Notes under the pieces: model-generated
Told to the model about the DNA's origin: nothing
Databases searched by the model: none
Seen by the model: the letters and a program-made list of their open reading frames with translations, nothing else
Source of the DNA: Macrostomum lignano
Taxonomy: Eukaryota
NCBI GenBank assembly: GCA_002269645.1
Contig: NIVC01003636.1
Coordinates: 1 to 64,000, forward strand
Length of the DNA: 64,000 nucleotides
Direction of reading: 5' to 3'
Part shown: positions 27,293 through 40,063 of the stretch, piece by piece
How positions within the stretch are numbered: the first letter of the stretch is position 1
How the letters are laid out: each line of letters begins with the position of its first letter
Position numbers and translations under genes: made by a program

Positions 27293-27408
27293 CAATCTCG
27301 TCAACATGACTCAGCCAAATATGCCGATCAGTGGCAAGCACCAAATCCGACCAATTCTTATTGACAAAGAAACTCGATGTTATGCCTCGCTGACTGGACA
27401 AATTCGCG
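27293..27408 (-). CDS. NCOA: NCOA-like exon E (PAS-B)
   Basis: TTTTCCAG acceptor and GTGAGT donor; open with phase 2 to 1 linking exons D and F. Confidence 0.65.
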
Positions 27409-28841
27409 CTGGAAAATTATTATAAATATTGTTTTGTTTGTTTACATTTACTAATTTATAATTACTACTAATACTAATATTATTATTAATGATCCGAGCT
27501 TTTATAAGCTAACAAGAATAAATCTAAACTATAACAAACGCTGAAATATTTGATATGCACACAAACTAGCAAATACAACTCAGATATATATATATAATAT
27601 CTATCTTTTCTTTCTAGCTTTCAAGTTCTAAAAGCAAAAGATTGGCGCATAAAGCTCTCCCTCTCCGCCTCCCCCCACCCCCACCGTCACAACCCTTACC
27701 CTCCGCCAACGGCAAAGACACGCTACGGGGTGAGGTGGTTGGGCGCAAAAGCAGAAAAGCAAATGGGCTGGCCTAGCCGGCTTGCATTGCATGCAATGCG
27801 TGCCTTGTGTGCGTGCATGCTAGGCCTGACTAGACTACTATGTAAGCTGCCTATTGCTAGCACTGGCTTTGGCCAAGCCGCAAACCCCAGGCCTCCCTCA
27901 TCCTGGCCTCCCCCACACCCCACATCGCGCCAACCCCCCGCCCCCGCCCAACCAAAAAACAGAGCCCCACGCCGCCTCTGGCTGTTGCAGACTTTTAGCA
28001 CAAGCGAAACACGACGTGCTGCAACAACCCAACAACCCAACCCCTTTTTTGGCTATTATACACTGCTGCTGCCGCTTCTGCGTTTAGACAGAGGCAGGCA
28101 GACAGACAGACAGACAGACAGACACAGACATATTTGCCTCTAAAAACTACTTAGGCAACTGAGAGGCAAGGCGAGGCCTAGGCGAGGAGGGTAGAGAGGG
28201 TAAGAGAGAGGGGTAAAGAGAGAGGTTGGCGACGCCAATTTTAAGGACACGACACGCGAGAGGGAGAGAAGAAGAGAGAGAGGAGGGGCGAGAGTCGTAC
28301 ATATACAGTAAGTATTAGATAGAACTCTGCCATGGGGTAAGCGGGAAGGACAGAAGAAGCCCCCCCCCGTCCGCAAGACATACATTTCCCGCTACTGCCG
28401 CTGCACTGCACTAAGCCCCCCTCTCTCCCTCCCTCTCTACGAAATTGTAGTTTCCCTGTACGCCCATGCTGTGTAGCAAATAAGAAACCTGCGGAGATAT
28501 AGCTAGTCAGAGAGGAGAGTTGAGAACTTAGTGTCTAAAATGACAGGGACAGAATAGACTGGCAGAAATAGGAACACAAATATGAATTGAAAAAAGTGGC
28601 TAACACACAGGCTAATGGGTAAAGAAAACAGTAGTTTAATACTCAATGTACATTAAGGCTTGCCAGCAATAAAAAAGCAGATGTAGCAAATGAAAGGCAA
28701 ATAGACACAGTAAGTAGAGAATATACTCCAGTCTCTAAATGAGATATCAAGGCTAATACGAGGCACACTAAGATTTAATTCCGATGTGGCTCAAAAGTTT
28801 AAAATACACTTAATTGAAAATGTGTTCATGTGTGAATTCAT

Positions 28842-29490
28842 AAGTGAGTTTATGAGTGAGTTTATGAGTGAGTTGATGAGTGAGTTGATGACTGACTTTA
28901 TGAGTAAGCTTTAGAGTGAGTTCATGAGTGAGATCATGAGTGAGATCATGAGTGAGATCATGAGTGAGATTATGAGTGAGTTCATGAGTGAGTTCATGAG
29001 TGAGATCATGAGTGAGATCATGAGTGAGTTCATGAGTGAGATCATGGGTGAGATCATGAGTGAGTTCATGGGTGAGATCATGAGTGAGTTCATGGGTGAG
29101 ATCATGAGTGAGTTCATGAGTGAGATCATGAGTGAGATCATGAGTGAGATCATGAGTGAGTTCATGAGTGAGATCATGAGTGAGTTCATGAGTGAGTTCA
29201 TGGGTGAGATCATGAGTGAGATCATGAGTGAGTTCATGAGTGAGTTCATGAGTGAGTTCATGGGTGAGATCATGAGTGAGATCATGAGTGAGTTCATGAG
29301 TGAGTTCATGAGTGAGTTCATGAGTGAGATCATGAGTGAGATCATGAGTGAGTTCATGAGTGAGATCATGAGTGAGTTCATGAGTGAGATCATGGGTGAG
29401 ATCATGAGTGAGTTCATGGGTGAGATCATGAGTGAGATCTTGAGTGAGTTCATGAGTGAGTTCATGAGTGAGATCATGAGTGAGTTCATG
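28842..29490. repeat. 12-bp minisatellite, intron D-E
   Basis: ATG(A/G)GTGAG(A/T)TC. Confidence 0.96.
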
Positions 29491-30079
29491 AGCATTGAGC
29501 GAGATACCGCTATGAACGCAGCCAACCTATCCTAGACGCACGTGACTTCAAAGTGGATGCTTAAATTTTCATTATTTTCTAGAAAAAAAACTTTACGAAG
29601 GGTTATTGAGAGCAGCCAGACCTTTTAAAAAACACTAGAGCATTTACTTCTCTAAATGAGCTGAGCACGCTAACTTGGTATATAAGTTGTCAAACAAGTT
29701 GCACACACTCCATTAGGCTCTAGCTCTGCCCAGTCCAGGTCACATACAATTTGGCGAACGGGCATAAAAATTGCAAATATTAATTTTGGTTTGCAGGGGG
29801 CACCGTCATTTTATAAACATAATTTCTGCTGGTCTAGCAAATAGACAGAACGCTACCCAACCTTACAGCCCTAATAGTCAATTCATTTTGACTATGAACC
29901 ATGAGATTAGTTATGGTCAGCACGGCGGTATATATACTCTAGTGGTATTCATTGTTGCATAATTCATTTCTGCATGCAACCAAAACAATAAAAAACTTTT
30001 ATACATTGCATCGAGGATATTAGCAATACCAGTGTATGCATGCGTAGTAGTCTTGCAAAATACAATAAAGGCGGCCAAA

Positions 30080-32730
30080 TCCACTGTCCATGTCTCCATA
30101 TTCTACCCCTCTATCTACTGTCTATTTCTTACTATTCTACCCCTATATCTACTGTCTATTTCTCACTATTCTACCCCTCTATCTACTGTATATTTCTTAC
30201 TATTCTACCCCTATATCTACTGTATATTTCTCACTATTCTACCCCTCTATCTACTGTCTATTTCTTACTATTCTACCCCTCTATCTACTGTCTTTTTCTC
30301 ACTATTCTACCCCTCTATCTACTGTCTATTTCTTACTATTCTACCCCTATATCTACTGTATATTTCTCACTATTCTACCCCTCTATCTACTGTCTATTTC
30401 TTACTATTCTACCCCTCTATCTACTGTCTGCAATTTTTCAATATTCTACCCCTCTATCTACTGTCTATTTCTTACTATTCTACCCCTCTATCTACTGTAT
30501 ATTTCTTACTATTCTACCCCTCTATCTACTGTCTATTTCTTACTATTCTACCCCTCTATCTACTGTATATTTCTTACTATTCTACCCCTCTATCTACTGT
30601 CTATTTCTTACTATTCTACCCCTCTATCTACTGTCTATTTCTTACTATTCTACACCTCTATCTACTGTCTTTTTCTCACTATTCTACCCCTCTATCTACT
30701 GTCTATTTCTTACTATTCTACCCCTCTATCTACTGTCTATTTCTTACTATTCTACCCCTCTATCTACTGTCTACTTCTTACTATTCTACCCCTCTATCTA
30801 CTGTATATTTCTTACTATTATACCACTCTATCTACTGTCTGCTATTTTTCACTATTCTACCCCTCTATCTACTGTCTATTTCTTACTATTCTACCCCTCT
30901 ATCTACTGTCTATTTCTCACTATTCTACCCCTCTATCTACTGTCTATTTCTCACTATTCTACCCCTCTATCTACTGTCTATTTTTTACTATTCTACCCCT
31001 CTATCTACTGTCTGCTATGTCTCACTATTCTACCCCTCTATCTACTGTCTGCTATTTTTCACTATTCTACCCCTTTATCTACTGTCTACCATGTCTCACT
31101 ATTCTACCCCTCTATCTACTGTCTACCATGTCTCACTATTCTACCCCTCTATCTACTGTCTACCATGTCTCACTATTCTACTCCTCTATCTACTGTCTAC
31201 CATGTCTCACTATTCTACCCCTTTATCTACTGTCTACCATGTCTCACTATTCTACCCCTCTATCTACTGTCTACCATGTCTCACTATTCTACCCCTCTAT
31301 CTACTGTCTGCTATGTCTCACTATTCTACCCCTCTATCTACTGTCTTTTTCTCACTATTCTACCCCTCTATCTACTGTCTTTTTCTTACTATTCTACCCC
31401 TATATCTACTGTATATTTCTCACTATTCTACCCCTCTATCTACTGTCTATTTCTTACTATTCTACCCCTCTATCTACTGTCTATTTCTTACTATTCTACC
31501 CCTCTATCTACTGTCTGCAATTTTTCAATATTCTACCCCTCTATCTACTGTCTATTTCTTACTATTCTACCCCTCTATCTACTGTATATTTCTTACTATT
31601 CTACCCCTCTATCTACTGTCTATTTCTTACTATTCTACCCCTCTATCTACTGTATATTTCTTACTATTCTACCCCTCTATCTACTGTCTATTTCTTACTA
31701 TTCTACCCCTCTATCTACTGTCTATTTCTTACTATTCTACCCCTCTATCTACTGTCTTTTTCTCACTATTCTACCCCTCTATCTACTGTCTATTTCTTAC
31801 TATTCTACCCCTCTATCTACTGTCTGCTTCTTACTATTCTACCCCTCTATCTACTGTATATTTCTTACTATTATACCACTCTATCTACTGTCTGCTATTT
31901 TTCACTATTCTACCCCTCTATCTACTGTCTATTTCTTACTATTCTACCCCTCTATCTACTGTCTATTTCTTACTATTCTACCCCTCTATCTACTGTCTAT
32001 TTCTCACTATTCTACCCCTCTATCTACTGTCTATTTCTCACTATTCTACCCCTCTATCTACTGTCTATTTTTTACTATTCTACCCCTCTATCTACTGTCT
32101 GCTATGTCTCACTATTCTACCCCTCTATCTACTGTCTGCTATTTTTCACTATTCTACCCCTTTATCTACTGTCTACCATGTCTCACTATTCTACCCCTCT
32201 ATCTACTGTCTACCATGTCTCACTATTCTACTCCTCTATCTACTGTCTACCATGTCTCACTATTCTACCCCTTTATCTACTGTCTACCATGTCTCACTAT
32301 TCTACCCCTCTATCTACTGTCTACCATGTCTCACTATTCTACCCCTCTATCTACTGTCTGCTATGTCTCACTATTCTACTCCTCTATCTACTGTCTACCA
32401 TGTCTCACTATTCTACCCCTCTATCTACTGTCTACCATGTCTCACTATTCTACCCCTCTATCTACTGTCTACCATGTCTCACTATTCTACCCCTCTATCT
32501 ACTGTCTACCATGTCTCACTATTCTACCCCTCTATCTACTGTCTACCATGTCTCACTATTCTACCCCTCTATCTACTGTCTACCATGTCTCACTATTCTA
32601 CCCCTCTATCTACTGTCTACCATGTCTCACTATTCTACCCCTCTATCTACTGTCTACCATGTCTCACTATTCTACCCCTCTATCTACTGTCTACCATGTC
32701 TCACTATTCTACCCCTCTATCTACTGTTTA
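30080..32730. repeat. 34-bp minisatellite (2.6 kb), intron D-E
   Basis: Unit TATTCTACCCCTCTATCTACTGTCTATTTCTTAC and variant ...GTCTACCATGTCTCAC. Confidence 0.97.
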
Positions 32731-32824
32731 TTTCTGACTGGATTATTCAGACTGGATGACTGCATTAGTTGATGCAGTGTCTAATTACAAAAAAAATATT
32801 TCCAGTTAAATTTTAAGAACGCAC

Positions 32825-33422
32825 CTGCAAGAAGCGGACAGTACGCACTGCTCCGTTAACGAATAGGAATGCCTACAGGTGATATGGTCCATCACTGTCT
32901 CGTTCAATGCTCCGCTGCCGCCTCCTCTTTTAGTAGCAGTATTATTATTATTATTATTGTTTCTATTGATATGATTGCCGCAGACAGTTCCAGGAAATGG
33001 GTGCTCCAGTCCGGCCACACCAGACGAACTTCGAACGCTACTAACAGGAGATACGGATTGTGGAGCGGACTGGTGCAGCTGGTGTAAATCCTCGCTTTTA
33101 ATGGAAGATTCGCCTATAGATAGGGGAGCATTGTGCGGCAACGATTGAGGCTGCTGCTGCTGCTGCTGCGGTGAAGCAGATGACGGACGGATCACCGCAG
33201 TCAGAACAGAGTCTGTCGGTTCACTTTTAACCGACATGGGATTAGGAACGGAAGGCGAATGAAGGCTAGCAGCCGGCGTTTCCGCTTGTGCCGTTGTGGC
33301 AGCAACAATGCTACACTGTTGCTGCTGCTGTTGCTGACTAGAAGACGCTAAAGAACTTGGCGTCGATACGGTAACCACCGTCTTTGGTTTCAGCAGGCAG
33401 ACCAGAGACGACTGGGGAGCAC
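32825..33422 (-). CDS. NCOA: NCOA-like exon D (end of PAS-A, start of PAS-B)
   Basis: QSSLVCLLK and DHITCRHS; phases match exons C and E. Confidence 0.75.
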
Positions 33423-33467
33423 CTGGATAGAGCGATTAATAAATAATTACAGCGATAATTTGAGATC

Positions 33468-33760
33468 TTTTATTATCTGCGACTCTGATGGGCGCTTTTA
33501 ATATGATTCTGGGGCCGTAGACTATTGCGCGGCGCACCTGAAAGCTGCGTACGGCTGTTCAGTCCAAGGATTCTAGAGTCACCGCACACACCTTCAATTA
33601 CCCCAGCTAATGCTGGCAACCATTTTACAGCTGGGTGAACTGAAGCAATGCAGAGTTAAGTGTCTTGCTGAAGGACACAAATTGTTCCGATTGGTTCAGG
33701 AATCGAACCCCCGACCTTCAAGTCATGAGTCCGACGCTCTGACCACTAGGCCACAACCCC
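33468..33760 (-). mobile_element. tRNA-derived CORE-SINE (MIR-like central domain)
   Basis: A box TGGCCTAGTGG (33753-33743) and B box GGTTCGATTCC (33709-33699). TGTGTCCTTCAGCAAGACACTTAAC...CTGTAAAATGG (33679-33620) aligns with the CORE consensus as recalled. A-rich tail near 33468. Confidence 0.8.
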
Positions 33761-35238
33761 CACTAGGTTACAACCCCTACTAGTCTACAACCCCCTACTA
33801 GGCCACAACCCCCTACTAGGCTACAACCCCCCACAAGGCTACAAACCCCACTAGGCTACAACCCCCCACAAGGCTAAAACCCCCCACTAGGCTACAACCC
33901 CCCACAAGGCTAAAACCCCCCATAAGGCTACAACCCCCACAAGGCTACAACCCCCCACAAGGCTACAACCCCCACAAGGCTACAAACCGCACTAGGCTAC
34001 AACCCCCCACAAGGCTACAAACCCCCACAAGGCTAAAACCCCCCACTAGGCTACAACCCCCCATAAGGCTACAACCCCCCACTAGGCTACAACCCCCCAC
34101 TAGGCTACAACCCCCCACTAGGCTACAACCCCCCACTAGGCTAAAACCTCCCACTAGGCTAAAACCCCCCACTAGGCTACAACCCCCCATAAGGCTACAA
34201 CCCCCCATAAGGCTACAACCCCCCACAAGGCTACAACCCCCCACAAGGCTAAACCCCCCACTAGGCTACAACCCCCCACAAGGCTACAACCCCCCACAAG
34301 GCTACAACCCCCACTAAGCTACAACCCCCACTAGGCTACAACCCCCTCACTAGGCTACAACCCCCACTAGGCTACAACCCCCCACTAGGCTACAACCCCC
34401 ACTAGGCTACAACCCCCTCACTAGGCTACAACCCCCACTAGGCTACAACCCCCCACAAGGCTACAACCCCCACTAGGCTACAACCCCCACTAAGCTACAA
34501 CCCCCCACTAGGCTACAACCCCCCACTAGGCTACAACCCCATCACTAGGCTACAACCATTTACTAGGCTACAACCCCCCACTAGGCTACAACCCCCTACT
34601 AGGCTACAACCCCCTACTAGGCTACAACCCCCTACTAGGCTACAACCCCTTACTAGGCTACAACCCCCTACTAGGCTACAACCCCCTACTAGGCTACAAC
34701 CCCTTACTAGGCTACAACGTCCTACTAGGCTACAACCCCCTACTAGGCTACAACCCCCTACTAGGCTACAACCCCCTACTAGGCTACAACCCCCTACTAG
34801 GCTACAACCCCTTACTAGGCTACAACCCCCTACTAGGCTACAACCCCTTACTAGGCTACAACGTCCTACTAGGCTACAACCCCCTACTAGGCTACAACCC
34901 CCTACTAGGCTACAACCCCCTACTAGGCTACAACCCCCTACTAGGCTACAACCCCTTACTAGGCTACAACCCCCTACTAGGCTACAACCCCCTACTAGGC
35001 TACAACCCCTTACTAGGCTACAACCCCCTACTAGGCTACAACCCCTTACTAGGCTACAACGTCCTACTAGGCTACAACCCCCTACTAGGCTACAACCCCT
35101 TACTAGGCTACAACCCCCTACTAGGCTACAACCCCCTACTAGGCTACAACCCCCTACTAGGCTACAACCCCCTACTAGGCTACAACCCCTTACTAGGCTA
35201 CAACCCTTTACTAGGCTACAACCCCCTACTAGGCTACA
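33743..35238. repeat. 18-19-bp minisatellite derived from the SINE 5' end, intron C-D
   Basis: Unit CC(A/T)CTAGGCTACAACCCCC, continuous with the SINE head. Confidence 0.95.
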
Positions 35239-35459
35239 GCCCGCTGACATCCAAGCAACATGCAACATACAAGCACATACGCAGGCACGCAGTCGTACAC
35301 CGCTCACACAGAGTGTACATCGCATTACCCTGACCAGACCTAATCGCCAGGCATTTACACACTCTGTGATCTGTGGCGCTCACCGATGAACCGACGAAAC
35401 GAGTTTTTACCCCTAAGTTGCTCTGCCCACCCACAAGCAAACCATTAATTAATACTCAC

Positions 35460-35594
35460 AAGAACTGCCTGAAGCTGGCAGTGGTTGCACTTTAATGGTG
35501 ACATCTACTGGAATTGGACTGTCGCCCGGTTTCGGCGACAGCAGACGGAGTGTCAGCTGGCTGGCTAGCAGGGCTGAGCCTGCGCTAGGTTGGC
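35460..35594 (-). CDS. NCOA: NCOA-like exon C
   Basis: Phase-1/phase-1 exon GQPS...SQLTLRLLSPK with CAG acceptor and GTGAGT donor; not in the ORF track. Confidence 0.65.
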
Positions 35595-35654
35595 CTGCGC
35601 GTGCGATTCGGGGAAATTTTTATTATATGGGATTTTTTTAGGTACAAAAAGGCT

Positions 35655-36720
35655 CGAAATGGAGACTCTATGGTTGGAAATGGGGACTCTATGGTTGGAA
35701 ATGGGGACTCTATGGTTGGAAATGGAAACTCTATGGTTGGAAATGGGGACTCTATGCTTGGAAATGGAGACTCTATGGTTGGAAATGGGGACTCTATGCT
35801 TGGAAATGGAAACTCTATGGTTGGAAATGGGGACTCTATGCTTGGAAATGGGGACTCTATGCTTGGAAATGGAAACTCTATGGTTGGAAATGGGGACTCT
35901 ATGCTTGGAAATGGAAACTCTATGGTTGGAAATGGGGACTCTATGCTTGGAAATGGGGACTCTATGCTTGGAAATGGGGACTCTATGCTTGGAAATGGGG
36001 ACTCTATGGTTGGAAATGGGGACTCTATGGTTGGAAATGGGGACTCTATGCTTGGAAATGGAAACTCTATGGTTGGAAATGGGGACTCTATGGTTGGAAA
36101 TGGGGACTCTATGCTTGGAAATGGAGACTCTATGGTTGGAAATGGGGACTCTATGGTTGGAAATGGGGACTCTATGCTTGGAAATGGAAACTCTATGGTT
36201 GGAAATGGGGACTCTATGCTTGGAAATGGGGACTCTATGCTTGGAAATGGGGACTCTATGGTTGGAAATGGGGACTCTATGCTTGGAAATGGAAACTCTA
36301 TGGTTGAAAATGGGGACTCTATGCTTGGAAATGGAGACTCTATGGTTGGAAATGGGGACTCTATGGTTGGAAATGGGGACTCTATGGTTGGAAATGGGGA
36401 CTCTATGCTTGGAAATGGGGACTCTATGGTTGGAAATGGGGACTCTATGCTTGGAAATGGAAACTCTATGGTTGGAAATGGGGACTCTATGGTTGGAAAT
36501 GGGGACTCTATGCTTGGAAATGGGGACTCTATGGTTGGAAATGGGGACTCTATGGTTGGAAATGGGGACTCTATGCTTGGAAATGGAGACTCTATGGTTG
36601 GAAATGGGGACTCTATAGTTGGAAATTGGGACTCTATGGTTGGAAATGGAGACTCTATGGTTGGAAATGGGGACTCTATGGTTGGAAATGGGGATAGGGA
36701 TTCTATGGTTTGAAATGGAA
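35655..36720. repeat. 21-bp minisatellite, intron B-C
   Basis: Unit ATG(G/C)TTGGAAATGGGGACTCT. Confidence 0.97.
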
Positions 36721-36749
36721 ATGAAATTAAACAAATGAAACCAACAAAC

Positions 36750-36924
36750 CTTTCAAAGCTTCAATATAGGGCCTGATCAGCGGTATATCGTCTGGGTGAA
36801 CAATCGAACAAAATGAGGTTTTCATCAAATCCTCAACAGAATAGTCAACATAGTTGCAGATATTGGGCGACACGTAGTATATATCGGCTGATTGAGTCAC
36901 CACAATTAGAAATCCCTCGATTAC
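36750..36924 (-). CDS. NCOA: NCOA-like exon B, PAS-A domain
   Basis: VIEGFLIVVTQSADIYYVSPNICNYVDYSVEDLMKTSFCSIVHPDD is a typical PAS-A core. Confidence 0.85.
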
Positions 36925-37344
36925 CTGCATAAGTAACACGTTTTAAGACATATTAATATCGTCAGCTGCTGTTTTACCAGTATAAAATACATTTATAACT
37001 AAAAAACACTTGATAACTTGTTAATCAGTAAAAACAGAATTGTTGTAGCATGGCTGCAAAAGGAATTAACTTGTAACAGTTTGAACAGATCAAAACGACA
37101 GTAAAATAAATTATACTGACAATGTCCACACAAAAAAAAGTTGGCTTGCAGCAGTAGTAACTGACGCATAGCTAGAATATATGAATTTATGTGACCGGAT
37201 CTTACATTAGCAAAAAGTATTTGCTTAGTATGCTACTATCAGTACTAGAAAAAACACTAATTTTGGTTTACTATGAAACTAATTTGATCTATTTTTAGTG
37301 GCTAAACTTCGGATCCACTCTGAATACGAGTACCACTTTGTTAG

Positions 37345-38035
37345 TGTGCACCTCCACTTCCCTTCACTGTGCACCTCCACTTCCCTTCACTGTGCACCTC
37401 CACCTCCCTTCACTGCACATCTCCACCTCCCTTCACTGTGCACCTCCATCTCCCTTCACTGCACACCTCCACCTCCCTTCACTGTGCACCTCCATCTCCC
37501 TTCACTGTGCACCTCCATCTCCCTTCACTGTGCACCTCCACCTCCCTTCACTGTACACCTCCACCTCCCTTCACTGTACACCTCCATCTCCCTTCACTGT
37601 GCACCTCCATCTCCCTTCACTGCACACCTCCACCTCCCTTCACTGTGCACCTCCACCTCCCTTCACTGTGCACCTCCATCTCCCTTCACTGCACATCTCC
37701 ACCTCCCTTCACTGCACACCTCCACCTCCCTTCACTGTACACATCCACCTCCCTTCACTGTACACCTCCACCTCCCTTCACTGTGCACCTCCATCTCCCT
37801 TCACTGTGCACCTCCATCTCCCTTCACTGCACACCTCCACCTCCCTTCACTGCACATCTCCACCTCCCTTCACTGCACACCTCCATCTCCCTTCACTGTA
37901 CACATCCACCTCCCTTCACTGTACACCTCCACCTCCCTTCACTGTGCACCTCCACCTCCCTTCACTGCACATCTCCACCTCCCTTCACTGCACACCTGAA
38001 CCTTCTTTCACTGCACACCTCTCTTCACTATACAC
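37345..38035. repeat. 23-bp minisatellite, intron A-B
   Basis: Unit CACCTCCACCTCCCTTCACTGTG. Confidence 0.95.
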
Positions 38036-38103
38036 CTTTACTGTGCGCAACGTTCTATTCATTTAAACAATATTTAAAGGTTAAAACATCTTTCAAAGCT
38101 TAC

Positions 38104-38490
38104 ATCGAGAATGAGTGAGCCCAATAGTTGAGCATGATTTAGCTGTGCAGATGAAGATCTACCAGCTGATAGTAAATTAGTGGTTGATTGCGCAGCTGTT
38201 GAACTATGAGTAGCCAAATTTACTGATTCATTTAAAGCTGACACAGTTGCAGCAGCAGCACCAGCAGAAGCTTTATCACCAGGCTCTTCTTTGTTGCTAA
38301 TATCTTTACGAATTTGAACGTTATTAGGAACCTTTTCGGCTGTCTCGGCTTCAACAGATGCAATTTCACTACTATCAGTAGGATATTCGGACTTGGACAC
38401 AGTCAAAGCACTAGTTGCAGTACCGTCGCCGCAGTCGTCAGTTGAAGAAGCGACTGCAGCAGAATCCTCATCATCAGCTTCAAGGGACAT
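38104..38490 (-). CDS. NCOA: p160/NCOA/taiman-like coactivator exon A (first visible coding exon)
   Basis: TAAG|ccATG; ends LLGSLILD|GTAAGC, the usual lead-in to PAS-A. Confidence 0.65.
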
Positions 38491-39519
38491 GGCTTACAGG
38501 CCAATTTGTGGAAGTTATAAAGAAGCCAAAAATGGCCTGATGATAAGTCTAAATTTCTCTCTGTTATCAATCAATCAATTAATTAATTTGTTTATTAGCC
38601 TGAGTCAAGCTTGTGTAGCAATAATTGTAAAAATCAAAGCCTGTATCACATTTCTGACAGGCACAGTAAGGATTCAGGTAGAGGGTGCTGGTAGTGGTCT
38701 TTTGAGTAGTATTTGACTGCGACAGAAATCATTTATTGGAGCCAATATACATTCATAATTTCAAGTGTATAATACTTAGATTTCAAAAGGATGATGATTA
38801 CAAAAAATGATTTATTACTTACAATTTATAAACTATTTTCACATTGTATAAGTTTGTGCCAATAGTTTTCTTAAACTTCAATAAGTAAATGATATTAAAT
38901 ATATGTTAAATTTTACTGACATTCAATAGTGATATTCTCATAAAATAAAAGTATATTTTTAGGACAAAAAATATTTAACTAAAAGCTTTATTTAATACTA
39001 GAATTGTTTTAATTGTATCTTTATCAAATAAGGTTGATTAACTGTTCAAAAAGTATAAATAGCAATAGACAAAATAAAAACATTTAATTTTGTGTAAATT
39101 TAGATTTGTTAAATTTTTTATATAAAAATTGGCCTTGATAATTTTATTTTTGTTTCAAATTTAAGAAAACCCTAATTAAAAACTCATATATACTACTAAA
39201 AAGACCATTATAATATGAGATGCTACATTTTTCTATATATCTAGGTATCTAATTAGGCTAAAACTTCTAGGTCTAGAAATCAACTATCAGCTATTTTTTA
39301 TTACATTAAATATTTTTATAACATTGGAATCTGTTTCTTTAAAGATATCAACAATTAAAAATTATTACACTATGGTAAATTAATATAATTTGATTTAAAG
39401 TTACTAGCTTCAAAGAATGCTATATTTTTGCAAATGAATTATCCTTCAAAATTGAAAGACAACTGTTATTTTATCTTGACCTATGCTTAATATAGGTGGG
39501 AAGTTAGAAACTAAAGTTT

Positions 39520-40063
39520 CTAATACATACATGCCCAACTTCAAAATTTCACCCCTCTGATACAACTTAGTTTTGTCCAGATTTGCGGCTTAGTTCTTCC
39601 CTTTTGTGTTTGCAACCTAGTTCCTCTTGATTGCGAGTTAGTTTCCCTGATTGCAACTTAATTTTTACTTTGTATGACTTTTCTTGCCCTTTTCTCTTTT
39701 TTTCTCTGTCTCTTTCCTCTTTCCCCTCTCTTTTTTCTCTTTTTTTCGCTGTCTCTTTCCTCTTTCCCCTCTCTTTTTTCTCTTTTTTTCTCTGTCTCTT
39801 TCCTCTTTCCCCTCTCTTTTTTCTCTTTTTTTCGCTGTCTCTTTCCTCTTTCCCCTCTCTTTTTTCTCTTTTTTTCTCTGTCTCTTTCCTCTTTCCCCTC
39901 TCTTTTTTCTCTTTTTTTCTCTTCCTTTTCTCTTTCTCTCCTTTTTTTCTTTTCCCACTTTTTGTTTTTTGCATTTTTGATTTTGCGACTTACTTTGGCT
40001 AAGTAGCCATTTCACCCATCTGGTTTGGATGGGTTGGATAGGTGTTGGGCATGTATGTTCTAG
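39520..40063. mobile_element. Possible MITE enclosing a CT/GA-rich tandem tract (39680-39960)
   Basis: 15-bp inverted repeat ACATACATGCCCAAC / GTTGGGCATGTATGT flanks the tract. Confidence 0.35.

Noticed and set aside
30032-32772. Three ORFs of about 900 aa
   Set aside because: Open in all three frames only because the 34-bp unit lacks stops; intronic and antisense to the real gene.
33690-33760. tRNA-Met(CAT)-like gene
   Set aside because: Anticodon and acceptor stems pair poorly and it continues directly into a CORE domain; it is a SINE head.
35565-36734. GNGDSMV / LEMGTLW repeat ORFs resembling antifreeze or structural proteins
   Set aside because: Translations of a 21-bp array bounded by splice sites of the coactivator.
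39567-40015. K/R/E-rich and F/S/L-rich ORFs
   Set aside because: Translations of a CT/GA tandem tract.
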